Part shown: positions 18,254-27,747 of the stretch, one piece after another
Layout of the letters: every line of letters starts with the position of its first letter
How positions within the stretch are numbered: position 1 is the first letter of the stretch
Sequence record: SRR20825019_2383
Direction: 5' to 3' (one strand)
Length of the DNA stretch: 42,786 nt
Notes under the pieces: generated by a model
Seen by the model: the letters and a program-made list of their open reading frames with translations, nothing else
What the model was told of the DNA's origin: nothing
The model's database searches: none
Made by a program: the position numbers and the translations under genes

Positions 18254-18949
18254 TTATTCCAGAGGGGCTAACCAGGCGGTACCACCCAGTTTTTTCTGCT
18301 GTTGCAGATTCCATCGCGCACGATCAATGAGATGCTGTTGAGGTTGTGCCGGATTATAGTTGAGCGGACTCGGCAGCGTGGAAGCCAACAGGGCTGATTG
18401 CATTGGCGTCAGCTGTGATGCCGGTTTAGAAAAGTGATAGCGACTGGCCGCCTCCAGACCGAAGACACCATGCCCCCACTCCGCGATGTTGAGATAAACC
18501 TCAAGGATACGCTGCTTGCCCCAGGTAAGCTCAATCAGCAAGGTAAACCAGACCTCCAATCCTTTTCTGAGCCAGCTACGCCCGGTCCACAGGTACATAT
18601 TCTTGGCGACCTGTTGACTGATGGTACTGGCACCACGCAATTCGCGCCCTTTGGAAGCTGCTTTCAGTGCTGAGACAATGGCATCAAAATCAAATCCCTG
18701 ATGCATCGGAAAGCGCTGGTCTTCTGACGTCACCACGGCCAATGCAGTCTGTTTGGGGATTTGTTCCCAGTCCAACCAGTATTGATGCAGATAGAAATCA
18801 TCCTCACTGCTCAGCCAGCGATCGGCCATCACCATAGTGTAAGGTGGATTAATCCACCGAAACGGCACCACCATCAACAGGCTGAGGGTAACACCTGCCA
18901 GTATCAGCAGAAGCAAAGTGCGAATAAGAATACGTTTGAAGTTTTTCAC
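18254..18949 (-). CDS. mtgA: Monofunctional biosynthetic peptidoglycan transglycosylase
   Basis: SEDQRFPMHQG, RGASTISQQVAKN, RKGLE, RILEVYLN. Confidence 0.95.
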   Translation of the reverse strand: MKNFKRILIRTLLLLILAGVTLSLLMVVPFRWINPPYTMVMADRWLSSEDDFYLHQYWLDWEQIPKQTALAVVTSEDQRFPMHQGFDFDAIVSALKAASKGRELRGASTISQQVAKNMYLWTGRSWLRKGLEVWFTLLIELTWGKQRILEVYLNIAEWGHGVFGLEAASRYHFSKPASQLTPMQSALLASTLPSPLNYNPAQPQQHLIDRARWNLQQQKKLGGTAWLAPLE

Positions 18950-19090
18950 ACCGCGATCCTATCAGAAGCGCCTGAATTAGCTATTGTCTCTGTAAAAAGC
19001 TTGTAGCAGTAATCACTGTTTCGTTACTATGAGGCATCGCCAGCCAACGGCGGCTACAGCGCTATCCTCATAATCAAAAATGGATGAATC

Positions 19091-19414
19091 ATGAACAGAA
19101 TTTTCCTTGCCAGCCTGGTGATTGCGCTGGTTGGCTGTACCACTGCGTCACCTAAACAGTTTTACCGTCCGGCCAATTCCGAGGCCCAGTTGGAAATCAG
19201 CGGTCGTTTCAATGAAATCACTTTTGAGCATCAGGTACTGATTAACGGTGAGACCGTCATCAAAGGTGACCTGCCCTACAACTATGATGCGGTGACCTTT
19301 TCAGGCAATTATGAGGGACGCTCTATCAGTTCAGACTGCCAGTGGAGAAAGAAAATCGATCTTTCCTGTCTGGTCAGCATTGATGGCGAAAAAGCAGCGA
19401 CACTCACCTTCTAG
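19091..19414 (+). CDS. Small lipoprotein of unknown function
   Basis: Lipobox LVGC; C-terminal Cys pair and ATLTF end. Confidence 0.75.
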   Translation: MNRIFLASLVIALVGCTTASPKQFYRPANSEAQLEISGRFNEITFEHQVLINGETVIKGDLPYNYDAVTFSGNYEGRSISSDCQWRKKIDLSCLVSIDGEKAATLTF

Positions 19415-20574
19415 GGCTGAAAGGATTTCATATAGTCGTCGGCTGAACGCTTATCCTGTTCATCAGCGAGCAAGTGCACAATACGCTCAAACTCTTCGCG
19501 TTCATCAATAACGGCCTGGACACAATCCGGATCCAGCTTACCCGCCCGGGTCATTAATTGCAGTTCATCAAGGGCTTCATCAACAGACCATGCCTTTTTA
19601 TAGGGACGGCGGCTGGTTAGAGCATCGAAAATATCAGCTACGGTCGCAATCCTGGCCTCAAGTGGTATCTCATCGCCACAGAGGCCATTAGGATAGCCCG
19701 ACCCATCCAGGTACTCATGATGAAATGCGACGATATTCTGCATCACCTCAGTATCGCGCATATTCACCAGGTCATAATCAGCCAATAGTCGTTGCAACAG
19801 TACAACACCCTTGTTGACGTGGGTTTTCATGATTTCCCGTTCTTCATCATTATGCCGACCGGGTTTACACAGAATCTTGTCCGGTACGCCAATCTTGCCA
19901 ATATCATGCAGGGCAGCAAACATAAAAATATGCTCAATCCACTCATCACTGAGCTGATATTTCGGCGCAAGACATTTGGCGATGATGTGGGCGTAATGCG
20001 ACATTCTGTCCAGGTGCAGACCGGTCTCGAAATCTCTCATATCAGTGAAATCACGCGCGATCTTTGTCGTCGCCAGTAATGACTGCACCATCGACATTTC
20101 TGCTGTAATCGTCATACTGATGATTTGAACATGTAGAACCAGATCACGCTGGACACTCTCGCCAAAAACATCACGCTCTATCGCATCAAAGAAGATAAAA
20201 CCGATGAAACGTTGGCCATGTATGATAGGCACAATAAATGTTGAGAAGTAACCTTTCTCCCTCAACCAGGCGGCATGGTTCACATCCAGCTTATTAAAGC
20301 CGGAATCTTCATTCACAACACAGTATTGGGTCTTCTGTGCAAGCTCTGCCAAATGCGGATTTTCCCCCAGAAGCAGTTTATGCGGTTGTTCACGCGCACC
20401 AGTTATACAACTGGTCAGGAATGTCTTGAGCTCGTCAGTCTGACTGTCATAGAGCGCACAACTGAGACGGGTAATCGAAGGGACTTTTTGCAGAACAGAT
20501 TGATGAAGCACTTCCAGCCGACCATTTAAGGTATCCGGTTGGTTGACCAGCATGGAGATAACTCTGGCATCCAT
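19411..20574 (-). CDS. GAF-like plus HD-GYP domain phosphodiesterase
   Basis: ETGLH, LHDIGK, HHEYLDGSGYP, ADIFDALTSRRPYK; RBS GGGAGG. Confidence 0.92.
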   Translation of the reverse strand: MDARVISMLVNQPDTLNGRLEVLHQSVLQKVPSITRLSCALYDSQTDELKTFLTSCITGAREQPHKLLLGENPHLAELAQKTQYCVVNEDSGFNKLDVNHAAWLREKGYFSTFIVPIIHGQRFIGFIFFDAIERDVFGESVQRDLVLHVQIISMTITAEMSMVQSLLATTKIARDFTDMRDFETGLHLDRMSHYAHIIAKCLAPKYQLSDEWIEHIFMFAALHDIGKIGVPDKILCKPGRHNDEEREIMKTHVNKGVVLLQRLLADYDLVNMRDTEVMQNIVAFHHEYLDGSGYPNGLCGDEIPLEARIATVADIFDALTSRRPYKKAWSVDEALDELQLMTRAGKLDPDCVQAVIDEREEFERIVHLLADEQDKRSADDYMKSFQP

Positions 20575-20757
20575 TTCAACCTCCCACTCCTGTGTTTAGT
20601 TCGATACTACAGTTACTTTAACGCTGAGAAAAGCTATTTCAAACCGGTTTTTAAATTCCCTTTCAGCGGCCAAGTTCTGCTACTATTCGCCAGCCGCAAT
20701 GGCTGCGGTTTTAGCATGGCCCTGCTCAGCAGGGAATTTTTTATACAGGATCAATCA

Positions 20758-21033
20758 ATGCCACAAATTATTATCGATAAGAACCCGACTGAAGCTCGTC
20801 TTCAGGAAATGGGCGTCGCCAATTGGGAAATCTGGGACTGCCCGGTCACAGAATTCAGACTGGATTTTGACGAAACTGAAAAAGCCTACCTGCTGGAAGG
20901 TGAAATCATCGTCACGCCGGATGGCGAGCCACCTGTTACCGTGGTTGCCGGAGATTATGTCGAATTCCCTGCCGGACTGAAAAGTTTCTGGCAAGTGACC
21001 AAACCACTTCGCAAGCACTACAGTTACGACTAG
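20758..21033 (+). CDS. Small cupin (DUF861/EutQ-like)
   Basis: WEIWDC...ETEKAYLLEGEIIVT...GDYVEFPAG...LRKHY. Start reassigned to ATG 20758 after AGGA. Confidence 0.85.
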   Translation: MPQIIIDKNPTEARLQEMGVANWEIWDCPVTEFRLDFDETEKAYLLEGEIIVTPDGEPPVTVVAGDYVEFPAGLKSFWQVTKPLRKHYSYD

Positions 21034-21038
21034 ACAAC

Positions 21039-21061
21039 AAGGCATCTTCGGATGCCTTTTT
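21039..21061 (+). terminator. Rho-independent terminator
   Basis: AAGGCATC-TTCG-GATGCCTTTTT with a cUUCGg tetraloop. Confidence 0.85.
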
Positions 21062-21132
21062 CTTGGCCAGCCATTGGACTCTTCAAAGGGAAGGAGCACA
21101 ATAAGCGTATTTGATATCAATAACTTACTATT

Positions 21133-21786
21133 ATGGATATTGATACAAAACACATGCTGGAAAACATCGAGAAGGAAGCCCGACTGACTGCGGAGTATAC
21201 TGGTCGACCGCGTTTTGCTGACAGCGTGATGAAAGCAATGGCAAAGGTTAACCGGGCAGACTTTGTGCCTGATATTGCTCAATCCCAGGCGTTTCGTAAT
21301 GCACCACTGGCCATCGGCCATGGTCAGACCATTTCCCAACCTTATATCGTTGCGTTGATGACCGATCTGCTGGATCTGTCTCAGGAGGATCGGGTGCTGG
21401 AGTTAGGCACCGGCTCCGGATATCAGGCCGCTATTCTGGCCAAACTGGCGAAGCAGGTTTATACACTGGAACGGATTGAATCACTGGCTGATTCTGCCAC
21501 CAGCCGTCTGCAGTCACTCGGCTTTGACAACGTCAGTTGCAGACACAGCAACGGTTATCACGGTTGGCCGGAAAAAGCCCCGTTTGACGCCATTATCGTC
21601 ACCGCTGCCAGTCCTTCTGTGCCACCAGCACTGCTGGATCAACTAAAACCGGGAGGCCGTCTTGTTCTGCCTCTGGCAGAAACAGGTTTTTATCAGCAAC
21701 TCACGCTCATCACTAAAGGTGAACAAGGTCAGATCGAGACAACCCCGGTGTTGGCAGTCAGCTTTGTGCCACTGGTAGACGACTGA
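21133..21786 (+). CDS. pcm: Protein-L-isoaspartate O-methyltransferase
   Basis: GQTISQPY, VLELGTGSGYQAA, APFDAIIVTAA, QLKPGGRLV, FVPLV. Confidence 0.95.
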   Translation: MDIDTKHMLENIEKEARLTAEYTGRPRFADSVMKAMAKVNRADFVPDIAQSQAFRNAPLAIGHGQTISQPYIVALMTDLLDLSQEDRVLELGTGSGYQAAILAKLAKQVYTLERIESLADSATSRLQSLGFDNVSCRHSNGYHGWPEKAPFDAIIVTAASPSVPPALLDQLKPGGRLVLPLAETGFYQQLTLITKGEQGQIETTPVLAVSFVPLVDD

Positions 21787-21789
21787 GAG

Positions 21790-22200
21790 TCAACTGTCAC
21801 AAGCTGCTTCCAGCATAACCAGTTTGAAGGGATCTGCCTGCTTTTCCATATCATTCTCCACCCGCCATTGATCCTGCAGGCGATAGGCTTCGACTTCCAG
21901 CACGCCCAAGCAGCCGTCAACATGCTCGGCATTATGCCACTGAATATAATGCACTAACTCATGCAACAATCTGGATTGATCGGCTGGATTCTGCTGCTGG
22001 AATTGACCATGAAGATAAATAGTCTGGCGCTCGTTGTAAAAGCCTTTCAGTTGCATGGCTTCGCAGTTGGCCGCCTGTATACCGTAATTCTGACACAGGT
22101 TGCCGACTTCGGTGATCGCGACATTGGGCAGTTCTACCTCTGTGTCGTAGCCGGTATGGAAATGCAGCCAGGCCATCATGGATAACATTAGCGCGTCCAT
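21790..22200 (-). CDS. Hypothetical HExxH-motif protein (DUF6647-like)
   Basis: LLHELVHYIQ and downstream EVEAYRLQ. Start ATG 22200 follows AGGAG. Confidence 0.7.
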   Translation of the reverse strand: MDALMLSMMAWLHFHTGYDTEVELPNVAITEVGNLCQNYGIQAANCEAMQLKGFYNERQTIYLHGQFQQQNPADQSRLLHELVHYIQWHNAEHVDGCLGVLEVEAYRLQDQWRVENDMEKQADPFKLVMLEAACDS

Positions 22201-22338
22201 AAGCTTCTCCTGCAAAGAAACAGGGCATGTCCATTATGCGCTTGTCATCGGCAAAGGCCAATTCCACAGGCTGACATTAACAGGCGATTTTATACGGTTT
22301 ATCATAGATTTAGCTTAAGCCAGTAAGGGTATACCGGG

Positions 22339-23085
22339 ATGGCCGTACTAACACTGCGATTCTACGAAGAGCTGAATGATTTTTTGCCGTCTGATAAAAA
22401 GAAACGCCAGTTTGCTTACCCAATTGATCGCAAGGCATCGGTTAAGGATGTGATTGAATCACTGGGGGTCCCTCATACCGAAGTCGAGCTGATCCTGGTT
22501 AACGGTCAGTCGGTCGACTTTCAGTATCAAGTCAGAGACCGTGATGAAATCAGTGTTTATCCGGTATTTGAAAGCTTTAACATCAGTCCTTTACTGCGAC
22601 TGAGAGACAAGCCCTTACGTCATTTGCATTTTGTTGCCGACAGTAATCTCGGTAAGCTCAGCCAGTACCTGAGACTGCTGGGTTTTGACTGTCTGTATCG
22701 GAATGATTATGAAGATGCCGAAGTTGCCGATATCGCACATCAACAACACCGTGTCGTGCTGACCCGGGACCGACGTTTATTACAGCGAAAAATCATTACT
22801 CACGGCTATTTCCTGCGTTCAGACCAGCCCAAACAACAAGTCGCTGAAGTACTGGATCGTTTTGATTTATATGACGATGCAGAACCGTTCAGCCGTTGCG
22901 TGAACTGCAACGGTGAGCTGTTCAAGGTCGATAAAGCAGAAGTCATCGACCAACTCGAGCCACTGACCCGAAAATATTATGATGATTTCAAAATCTGCGA
23001 AGACTGCGGACAGATTTTCTGGCCGGGTAGCCACTTTGAGCGTGCAAACAAACTGCTGAAAGAATTTATGCCGGATAGAGAATAA
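22339..23085 (+). CDS. Mut7-C ubiquitin-like plus PIN-fold RNase domain protein
   Basis: FYEELNDFL...KDVIESLGVPHTEV, FVADSNLGKL...LRLLGFD, LTRDR, zinc ribbon RCVNCNG...CEDCGQIFWPGSH. Confidence 0.9.
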   Translation: MAVLTLRFYEELNDFLPSDKKKRQFAYPIDRKASVKDVIESLGVPHTEVELILVNGQSVDFQYQVRDRDEISVYPVFESFNISPLLRLRDKPLRHLHFVADSNLGKLSQYLRLLGFDCLYRNDYEDAEVADIAHQQHRVVLTRDRRLLQRKIITHGYFLRSDQPKQQVAEVLDRFDLYDDAEPFSRCVNCNGELFKVDKAEVIDQLEPLTRKYYDDFKICEDCGQIFWPGSHFERANKLLKEFMPDRE

Positions 23086-23112
23086 GTCCCGGCCATAGAA
23101 ACAGGCCGGGAC
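23086..23112. terminator. Hairpin between convergent genes
   Basis: GTCCCGGCC-atagaaaca-GGCCGGGAC. Confidence 0.55.
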
Positions 23113-23119
23113 ACATCAA

Positions 23120-25318
23120 TCAATAGAAATCGACTGTTGCTGTGAGGCTGACGGTGCGAGGTGCGCCCAGTACCAGGTAGCCATTGCCCGGGAAGCCACC
23201 CACTGAGGACCAATAATCCCGATCAAACAGATTATGTACACGTGCTCTCAGTGTCAGGTCCTGATTACCCAGTGCAACAATGTATCTGGCTCCGATATCC
23301 ACGGTAGTCCAGTCATCAACTTTTAGTGTGTTAGCCGCATCAGCATAGCGGGAGCCGGTGTAGGTTAATCGGGTATCCAGTGCCAGCCCATCAACCTGTG
23401 GTAGTTCCCACTCTGCTCCAATATTGGCCTGGTATTCCGCCACACCAATGACATCATTACCATCCAGAGCCGGATTACCCGTATCTTTCTGCTCTGCATC
23501 CAGCCAGGTCACACCACCTAACAGCTTGATATTGTCTGTAGCCTTTCCATAGAAAGTCAGTTCAATACCCTGATGCTCATCCTCACCATTCACACCATAA
23601 ACGTTATTTTCATCAACGCCTTCTCTTGGTCTGTCAGTAGTGAAGTAGGCAATCCCGTACCCCATCTTCTCGGTTTCGTATTTCAAGCCGATTTCATGTT
23701 GCTCAGAAACAAACGGATCCAGTGATTCACCACCGTTTTCATAACCCTGTCCAACAGGCGCCTCTCCCCCTGCCTCCAGGTTTTCAATGTAATTGGCATA
23801 AATTGAGAACTGGTCTGTGAACCTGTAGACAGCGCCGATTGAAGGTGTCACTTCACGTTCAGTAAAACTGTCTTTTTCAAAAGTGTTGTAAGCAATATTT
23901 TCAACTTTCAAAGTCTGTAAGCGAGCCCCCAGCGTCAGAAGGAAACTTTCATCAAACATTGACAATGTGTCACCCAGTGCAAAACTGTTGAGTTTTGTCA
24001 CACTATTCAGCCGCGGTCTGCTTAAAGAGTTGCCAACAAATTCATTACCATTAAATGCGGGCTGAGAATAACTGCTGGGTCTGTATAGGTTTGTTGAAAA
24101 CTGGTCCAGGAAGTCGAACACATAACCATTCTTCGTTTCCTGCTTAAAATAGGAGTAGGACACCACCCAATCATGACCGATACTGCCGGTATTGAACTCC
24201 CCGCGCAGGCCCAACTCCCCTGTATCAACACGATCTTCGCGTGCATTATCGAAACGATAGATATTGGCGTCACCGTTATTGCTTTCTACTCTGATGTTTG
24301 CCAATGAGTTCGCCTCATTACTGCGACGCAGACCATACGCCGCCCAGCCGGTGACATGACTGTTGAAGTCATATTCTGCCCTGAAGGTACCAAAAACATC
24401 ATCTTCATCTGAGTAAGACCATGGCTGTGCCCAGTTACTATCTGAATCCGGTGCCGTCGGCACATCTGTTACGCCATCAAGCAGCGTGACATTCGTGCGC
24501 GTCTCCTCCAATTCGTTATCTTGTGAGCCAAGGTCAGCTGAGAGACGTAAGCTATCACCACGATAGTCGAGCCCTACCGAAAATAGACTCAGACTGGATT
24601 CCTCATCCTCGATACTGGTCCCGCCATCTCGATGAGCAGCGTTGACTCGAACACCAAACTGTTCCTGTTCACCAAAACGACGCCCCACATCAAGGGCAAC
24701 ATGACCCTGCTCACCGTGTTCGGTGCCGACGGTTAGTCGCGTCAATGGATAATTGGGTGCCCGTTTGGGCAGAAGATTAATTGTGCCACCAATACCGCCG
24801 CCGCTTGGGGTAGCACCTGTCAGGAAAGCGCTGGCCCCTCGCAGTACTTCTACCCGCTCAAATAATTCCGTTGCAATATATTGACGAGGCAACAGGGAAT
24901 ATAAACCGTTGTATGCAATATCATCTGAACCAAGAATAAAGCCGCGAATAAAATACGACTCCTGGAAGTTACCAAAGCCACGAGCCACTCTGACACCCGG
25001 ATCAGCCTTAAGCACATCCCCCACACTCTGCGCCTGACGATCCTGAATAAACTCATTGGTATAGCTGGTAATACTGAACGGGGTTTCCAGATGATCCCTG
25101 GTGCCGAGGATACCGGCGCGGCCGCCTTCTGCCACCTGACCACCCTCAAACGCCGGTGAAAGCCCTTCTGCCGAGGCATCCGCACTAGCTGTGACGGTTA
25201 AGGACTCAAGTTCAACTGTGCTTTCGTTCTCTGATGTGTCTGCTGCCAGTGCAAAACAACTGACACTGCCCAGCGTCAGCGCAATACTCAGCGAGAGGGG
25301 TTTGATATAAAGTGACAT
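23120..25318 (-). CDS. TonB-dependent siderophore receptor
   Basis: TonB box ESLTVTA, plug YFIRGF and ERVEVLRG, C-terminal NLFDRDYW...VDFY. Start ATG 25318 follows GGAG. Confidence 0.93.
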   Translation of the reverse strand: MSLYIKPLSLSIALTLGSVSCFALAADTSENESTVELESLTVTASADASAEGLSPAFEGGQVAEGGRAGILGTRDHLETPFSITSYTNEFIQDRQAQSVGDVLKADPGVRVARGFGNFQESYFIRGFILGSDDIAYNGLYSLLPRQYIATELFERVEVLRGASAFLTGATPSGGGIGGTINLLPKRAPNYPLTRLTVGTEHGEQGHVALDVGRRFGEQEQFGVRVNAAHRDGGTSIEDEESSLSLFSVGLDYRGDSLRLSADLGSQDNELEETRTNVTLLDGVTDVPTAPDSDSNWAQPWSYSDEDDVFGTFRAEYDFNSHVTGWAAYGLRRSNEANSLANIRVESNNGDANIYRFDNAREDRVDTGELGLRGEFNTGSIGHDWVVSYSYFKQETKNGYVFDFLDQFSTNLYRPSSYSQPAFNGNEFVGNSLSRPRLNSVTKLNSFALGDTLSMFDESFLLTLGARLQTLKVENIAYNTFEKDSFTEREVTPSIGAVYRFTDQFSIYANYIENLEAGGEAPVGQGYENGGESLDPFVSEQHEIGLKYETEKMGYGIAYFTTDRPREGVDENNVYGVNGEDEHQGIELTFYGKATDNIKLLGGVTWLDAEQKDTGNPALDGNDVIGVAEYQANIGAEWELPQVDGLALDTRLTYTGSRYADAANTLKVDDWTTVDIGARYIVALGNQDLTLRARVHNLFDRDYWSSVGGFPGNGYLVLGAPRTVSLTATVDFY

Positions 25319-25380
25319 GAAGGATTCTCCGTGCGATATTGCTTTTGCGCAATATAGTACGAGAACCACCCATTAATGTA

Positions 25381-25399
25381 AATGATAATGTTTATGATT
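25381..25399. promoter_or_regulatory. Fur box upstream of the TonB-dependent receptor
   Basis: AATGATAAT-G-TTTATGATT, 16/18 match to AATGATAAT-N-ATTATCATT. Confidence 0.8.
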
Positions 25400-25477
25400 T
25401 AGCTTTGTTACATGCCTAAAAATTGAGCCAGTGACTACCCACAAAATAAAGACTGACTTTGATATGCCACTCAGGCG

Positions 25478-27541
25478 TTATCGAACAATGCTTTTATCCG
25501 GTATTTCTGCATCTTTCTCATGCGGAGGAAATACTGGTAATTCTGTCAGCCTCAGCGCCCCTGACTGTGTGAAGTTCCCATTATATGAGGGTGACTGGTA
25601 ACAACGGCAGTGATAAAGCCAGCTGGGTAAAAGCGCATAAGCCAGTGCCGTTTGATAAGGTTCGTATTGTGGAGAGCCATTCATACTCAAGCTCTGAGCC
25701 TGGTGATCATATTGTCCATGCAAGGGGGTGGCTTCCGGCCTGAGAATGACGACTTCACTTCCAACCATCTCTGCAAAATAATCACCGTATTGCATAAAAG
25801 CACGACCCGGTTTGTTTTGCTCTTCTGTCAGCGTCAGATCCCGACCTATCATCGGATGAGAAGCCGATATACCCATCATCGACAGCACGGTGGTCGGCAA
25901 ATCAATCTGGCTGGCGATCGTGGTCAGGCGTTTGGGCTTGATATCCGCCCCAATAATTAAGCCGGGAATATGATATTTCTCTATCGGCACCAGGTTTTCA
26001 CCCTCGACACGGTTGTGATGATCGGCCACCACCAGAAAAACGGTATCTTTCCAGTAATCGCTTTGTCGTGCTTTTTCGAAAAACTGACCCAGCGCATAAT
26101 CTGCATAGCGCACCGCGTTCTCCGGCGTCTGCTTTTCACCCGTTATTGCAATTCGGCCGTCGGGAAACTCATAGGGAGAGTGATTGGAGGAGGTAAAAGC
26201 AAAACTGAAAAAAGGTTGTCCGGTAGCATGATGCTGTTGCAATCTCGCATGCAGCTTATCAAACACATCTTCATCTGACGCACCCCAGCTGCCTTCAAAA
26301 ACAGGATTATCAAAGTGTTCACGGTCAATAATGTGCTGAAAACCATTGCCCATGAAAAAGCTGGCCATATTGTCGAAATACGCCTGGCCACCATAGATAA
26401 ATTCTGTGAGATACCCTTTGCTTTCGAGCAGTGACGCGATAGTGAAGAAGTTCTGTTGCGATAAAGACAGCTTAACAACACTGCGTGCCCGGGTTGGCAG
26501 GAAACCACTGATTACGGCCTCAATCCCACGTACTGAGCGGGTTCCTGTCGCATAGAGATTCTCAAACCACCAACCCTGCTCACTGAGCTTGTCCAGTTCA
26601 GGTGTCGCTCCACTGCCACCCAGAGTTTTGACGTAGTCAGCACTGAGACTCTCCTCGAGGATCAAGACCAGATTTAATGGTTTTTCACGCTGGCTGGTCG
26701 CATGCTGTGGATTGACGATGGGTGGATTAGCGTCAGCATTCACAATCAGCTCGGGCTTTTCTTCATCGACCTCTGCCAATATCTGCTCGTGACTAAGCTC
26801 ACCATAGACCTCGTTGGACTGTTCCTCGTGTTTGAGATTGTAAATGGCGAAATAAACCGACCAGGCAGAATTCAGCATCAGATCATTGACCAACGGGTCG
26901 GGCGTGATAGCAAAGGTGGAAGGGTTAGCCGGGCGATGATCAAAAGAAGATCGAATCATCACGACTGTGAGCAATAACATCAATGGCCAGCACAGCAAGG
27001 TTTTCCAGTGTGCCCACGCAGGCTTTGGCTCGGTCAGCCAATGTTTGCTGAGCCTAAACATACCATAGGAAATTGCTGCAGTTATCAGTACACCGCCGAT
27101 CAAAGTCAGGCGATAACCTTCCCACAGCATCGACATCACTTCCTGCGGGTATTTGAGATACTCGATAAACAAGCGGTTTGGCCGCTGACCATATTCAATA
27201 ATGAAGGTAGGGCTGGCGAGTTCCATAAAAACGATGACTGATACTGTTATAACCGCCCACACGGTGATGATACGTTGCCAGAACTGCCAGCTGATCTTAT
27301 GGGCTACGACCGGGATCAGTAAAACCAGTGGTGCCAGCAGCATACCTGACAGAATCAGGTCCACTCTCAGGCCATTCAGCATAACAACGGCAAACTGGCC
27401 GACACCATCAAGCCGGTCAAACTGCCATAGCGTTAGAGATAATCTTGAGAGACCAAGAATACAAAGATAAACCAGCAGCAGTTTAACCACTGGACTGTAA
27501 GGACCCAAAAAACGGTTACTGAGGTAGGATTGCTTTGTCAT
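25478..27541 (-). CDS. LTA-synthase/MdoB-family membrane sulfatase (phosphoglycerol or phosphoethanolamine transferase-like)
   Basis: About five TM helices, then NLVLILEES, TGTRSVRG, SNHSPY, VRYADYALG, VADH. Confidence 0.88.
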   Translation of the reverse strand: MTKQSYLSNRFLGPYSPVVKLLLVYLCILGLSRLSLTLWQFDRLDGVGQFAVVMLNGLRVDLILSGMLLAPLVLLIPVVAHKISWQFWQRIITVWAVITVSVIVFMELASPTFIIEYGQRPNRLFIEYLKYPQEVMSMLWEGYRLTLIGGVLITAAISYGMFRLSKHWLTEPKPAWAHWKTLLCWPLMLLLTVVMIRSSFDHRPANPSTFAITPDPLVNDLMLNSAWSVYFAIYNLKHEEQSNEVYGELSHEQILAEVDEEKPELIVNADANPPIVNPQHATSQREKPLNLVLILEESLSADYVKTLGGSGATPELDKLSEQGWWFENLYATGTRSVRGIEAVISGFLPTRARSVVKLSLSQQNFFTIASLLESKGYLTEFIYGGQAYFDNMASFFMGNGFQHIIDREHFDNPVFEGSWGASDEDVFDKLHARLQQHHATGQPFFSFAFTSSNHSPYEFPDGRIAITGEKQTPENAVRYADYALGQFFEKARQSDYWKDTVFLVVADHHNRVEGENLVPIEKYHIPGLIIGADIKPKRLTTIASQIDLPTTVLSMMGISASHPMIGRDLTLTEEQNKPGRAFMQYGDYFAEMVGSEVVILRPEATPLHGQYDHQAQSLSMNGSPQYEPYQTALAYALLPSWLYHCRCYQSPSYNGNFTQSGALRLTELPVFPPHEKDAEIPDKSIVR

Positions 27542-27587
27542 CGCCTGTTCTTTTGCAGTTAAGCTGGCGAGAGTCTAGCGTTATTAA

Positions 27588-27604
27588 CTTAAAGCAAGAT
27601 TAAG
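27588..27604 (-). promoter_or_regulatory. PmrA/BasR/QseB-like direct-repeat box
   Basis: Minus strand CTTAAT-N5-TTTAAG, 10 nt before a -10-like TAGACT (27577-27572). Confidence 0.55.
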
Positions 27605-27747
27605 CTTTGCTTATCAAATTAATCGTATTATTCAGTATCTGGGCATGCTTACAGCCGTTTTATTCAGACTTTAAAATTCGCATTTTCAGAAAATTCCCTA
27701 TTGCGCATAAGGGTTTATCATGTAAGCTAGCAAAAAACTGCAAAGGA

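Noticed and set aside
21112-21125. FNR-like TTGAT-ATCA-ATAAC before pcm
   Set aside because: Two mismatches and only 7 nt from the ATG, which is incompatible with an activating position.
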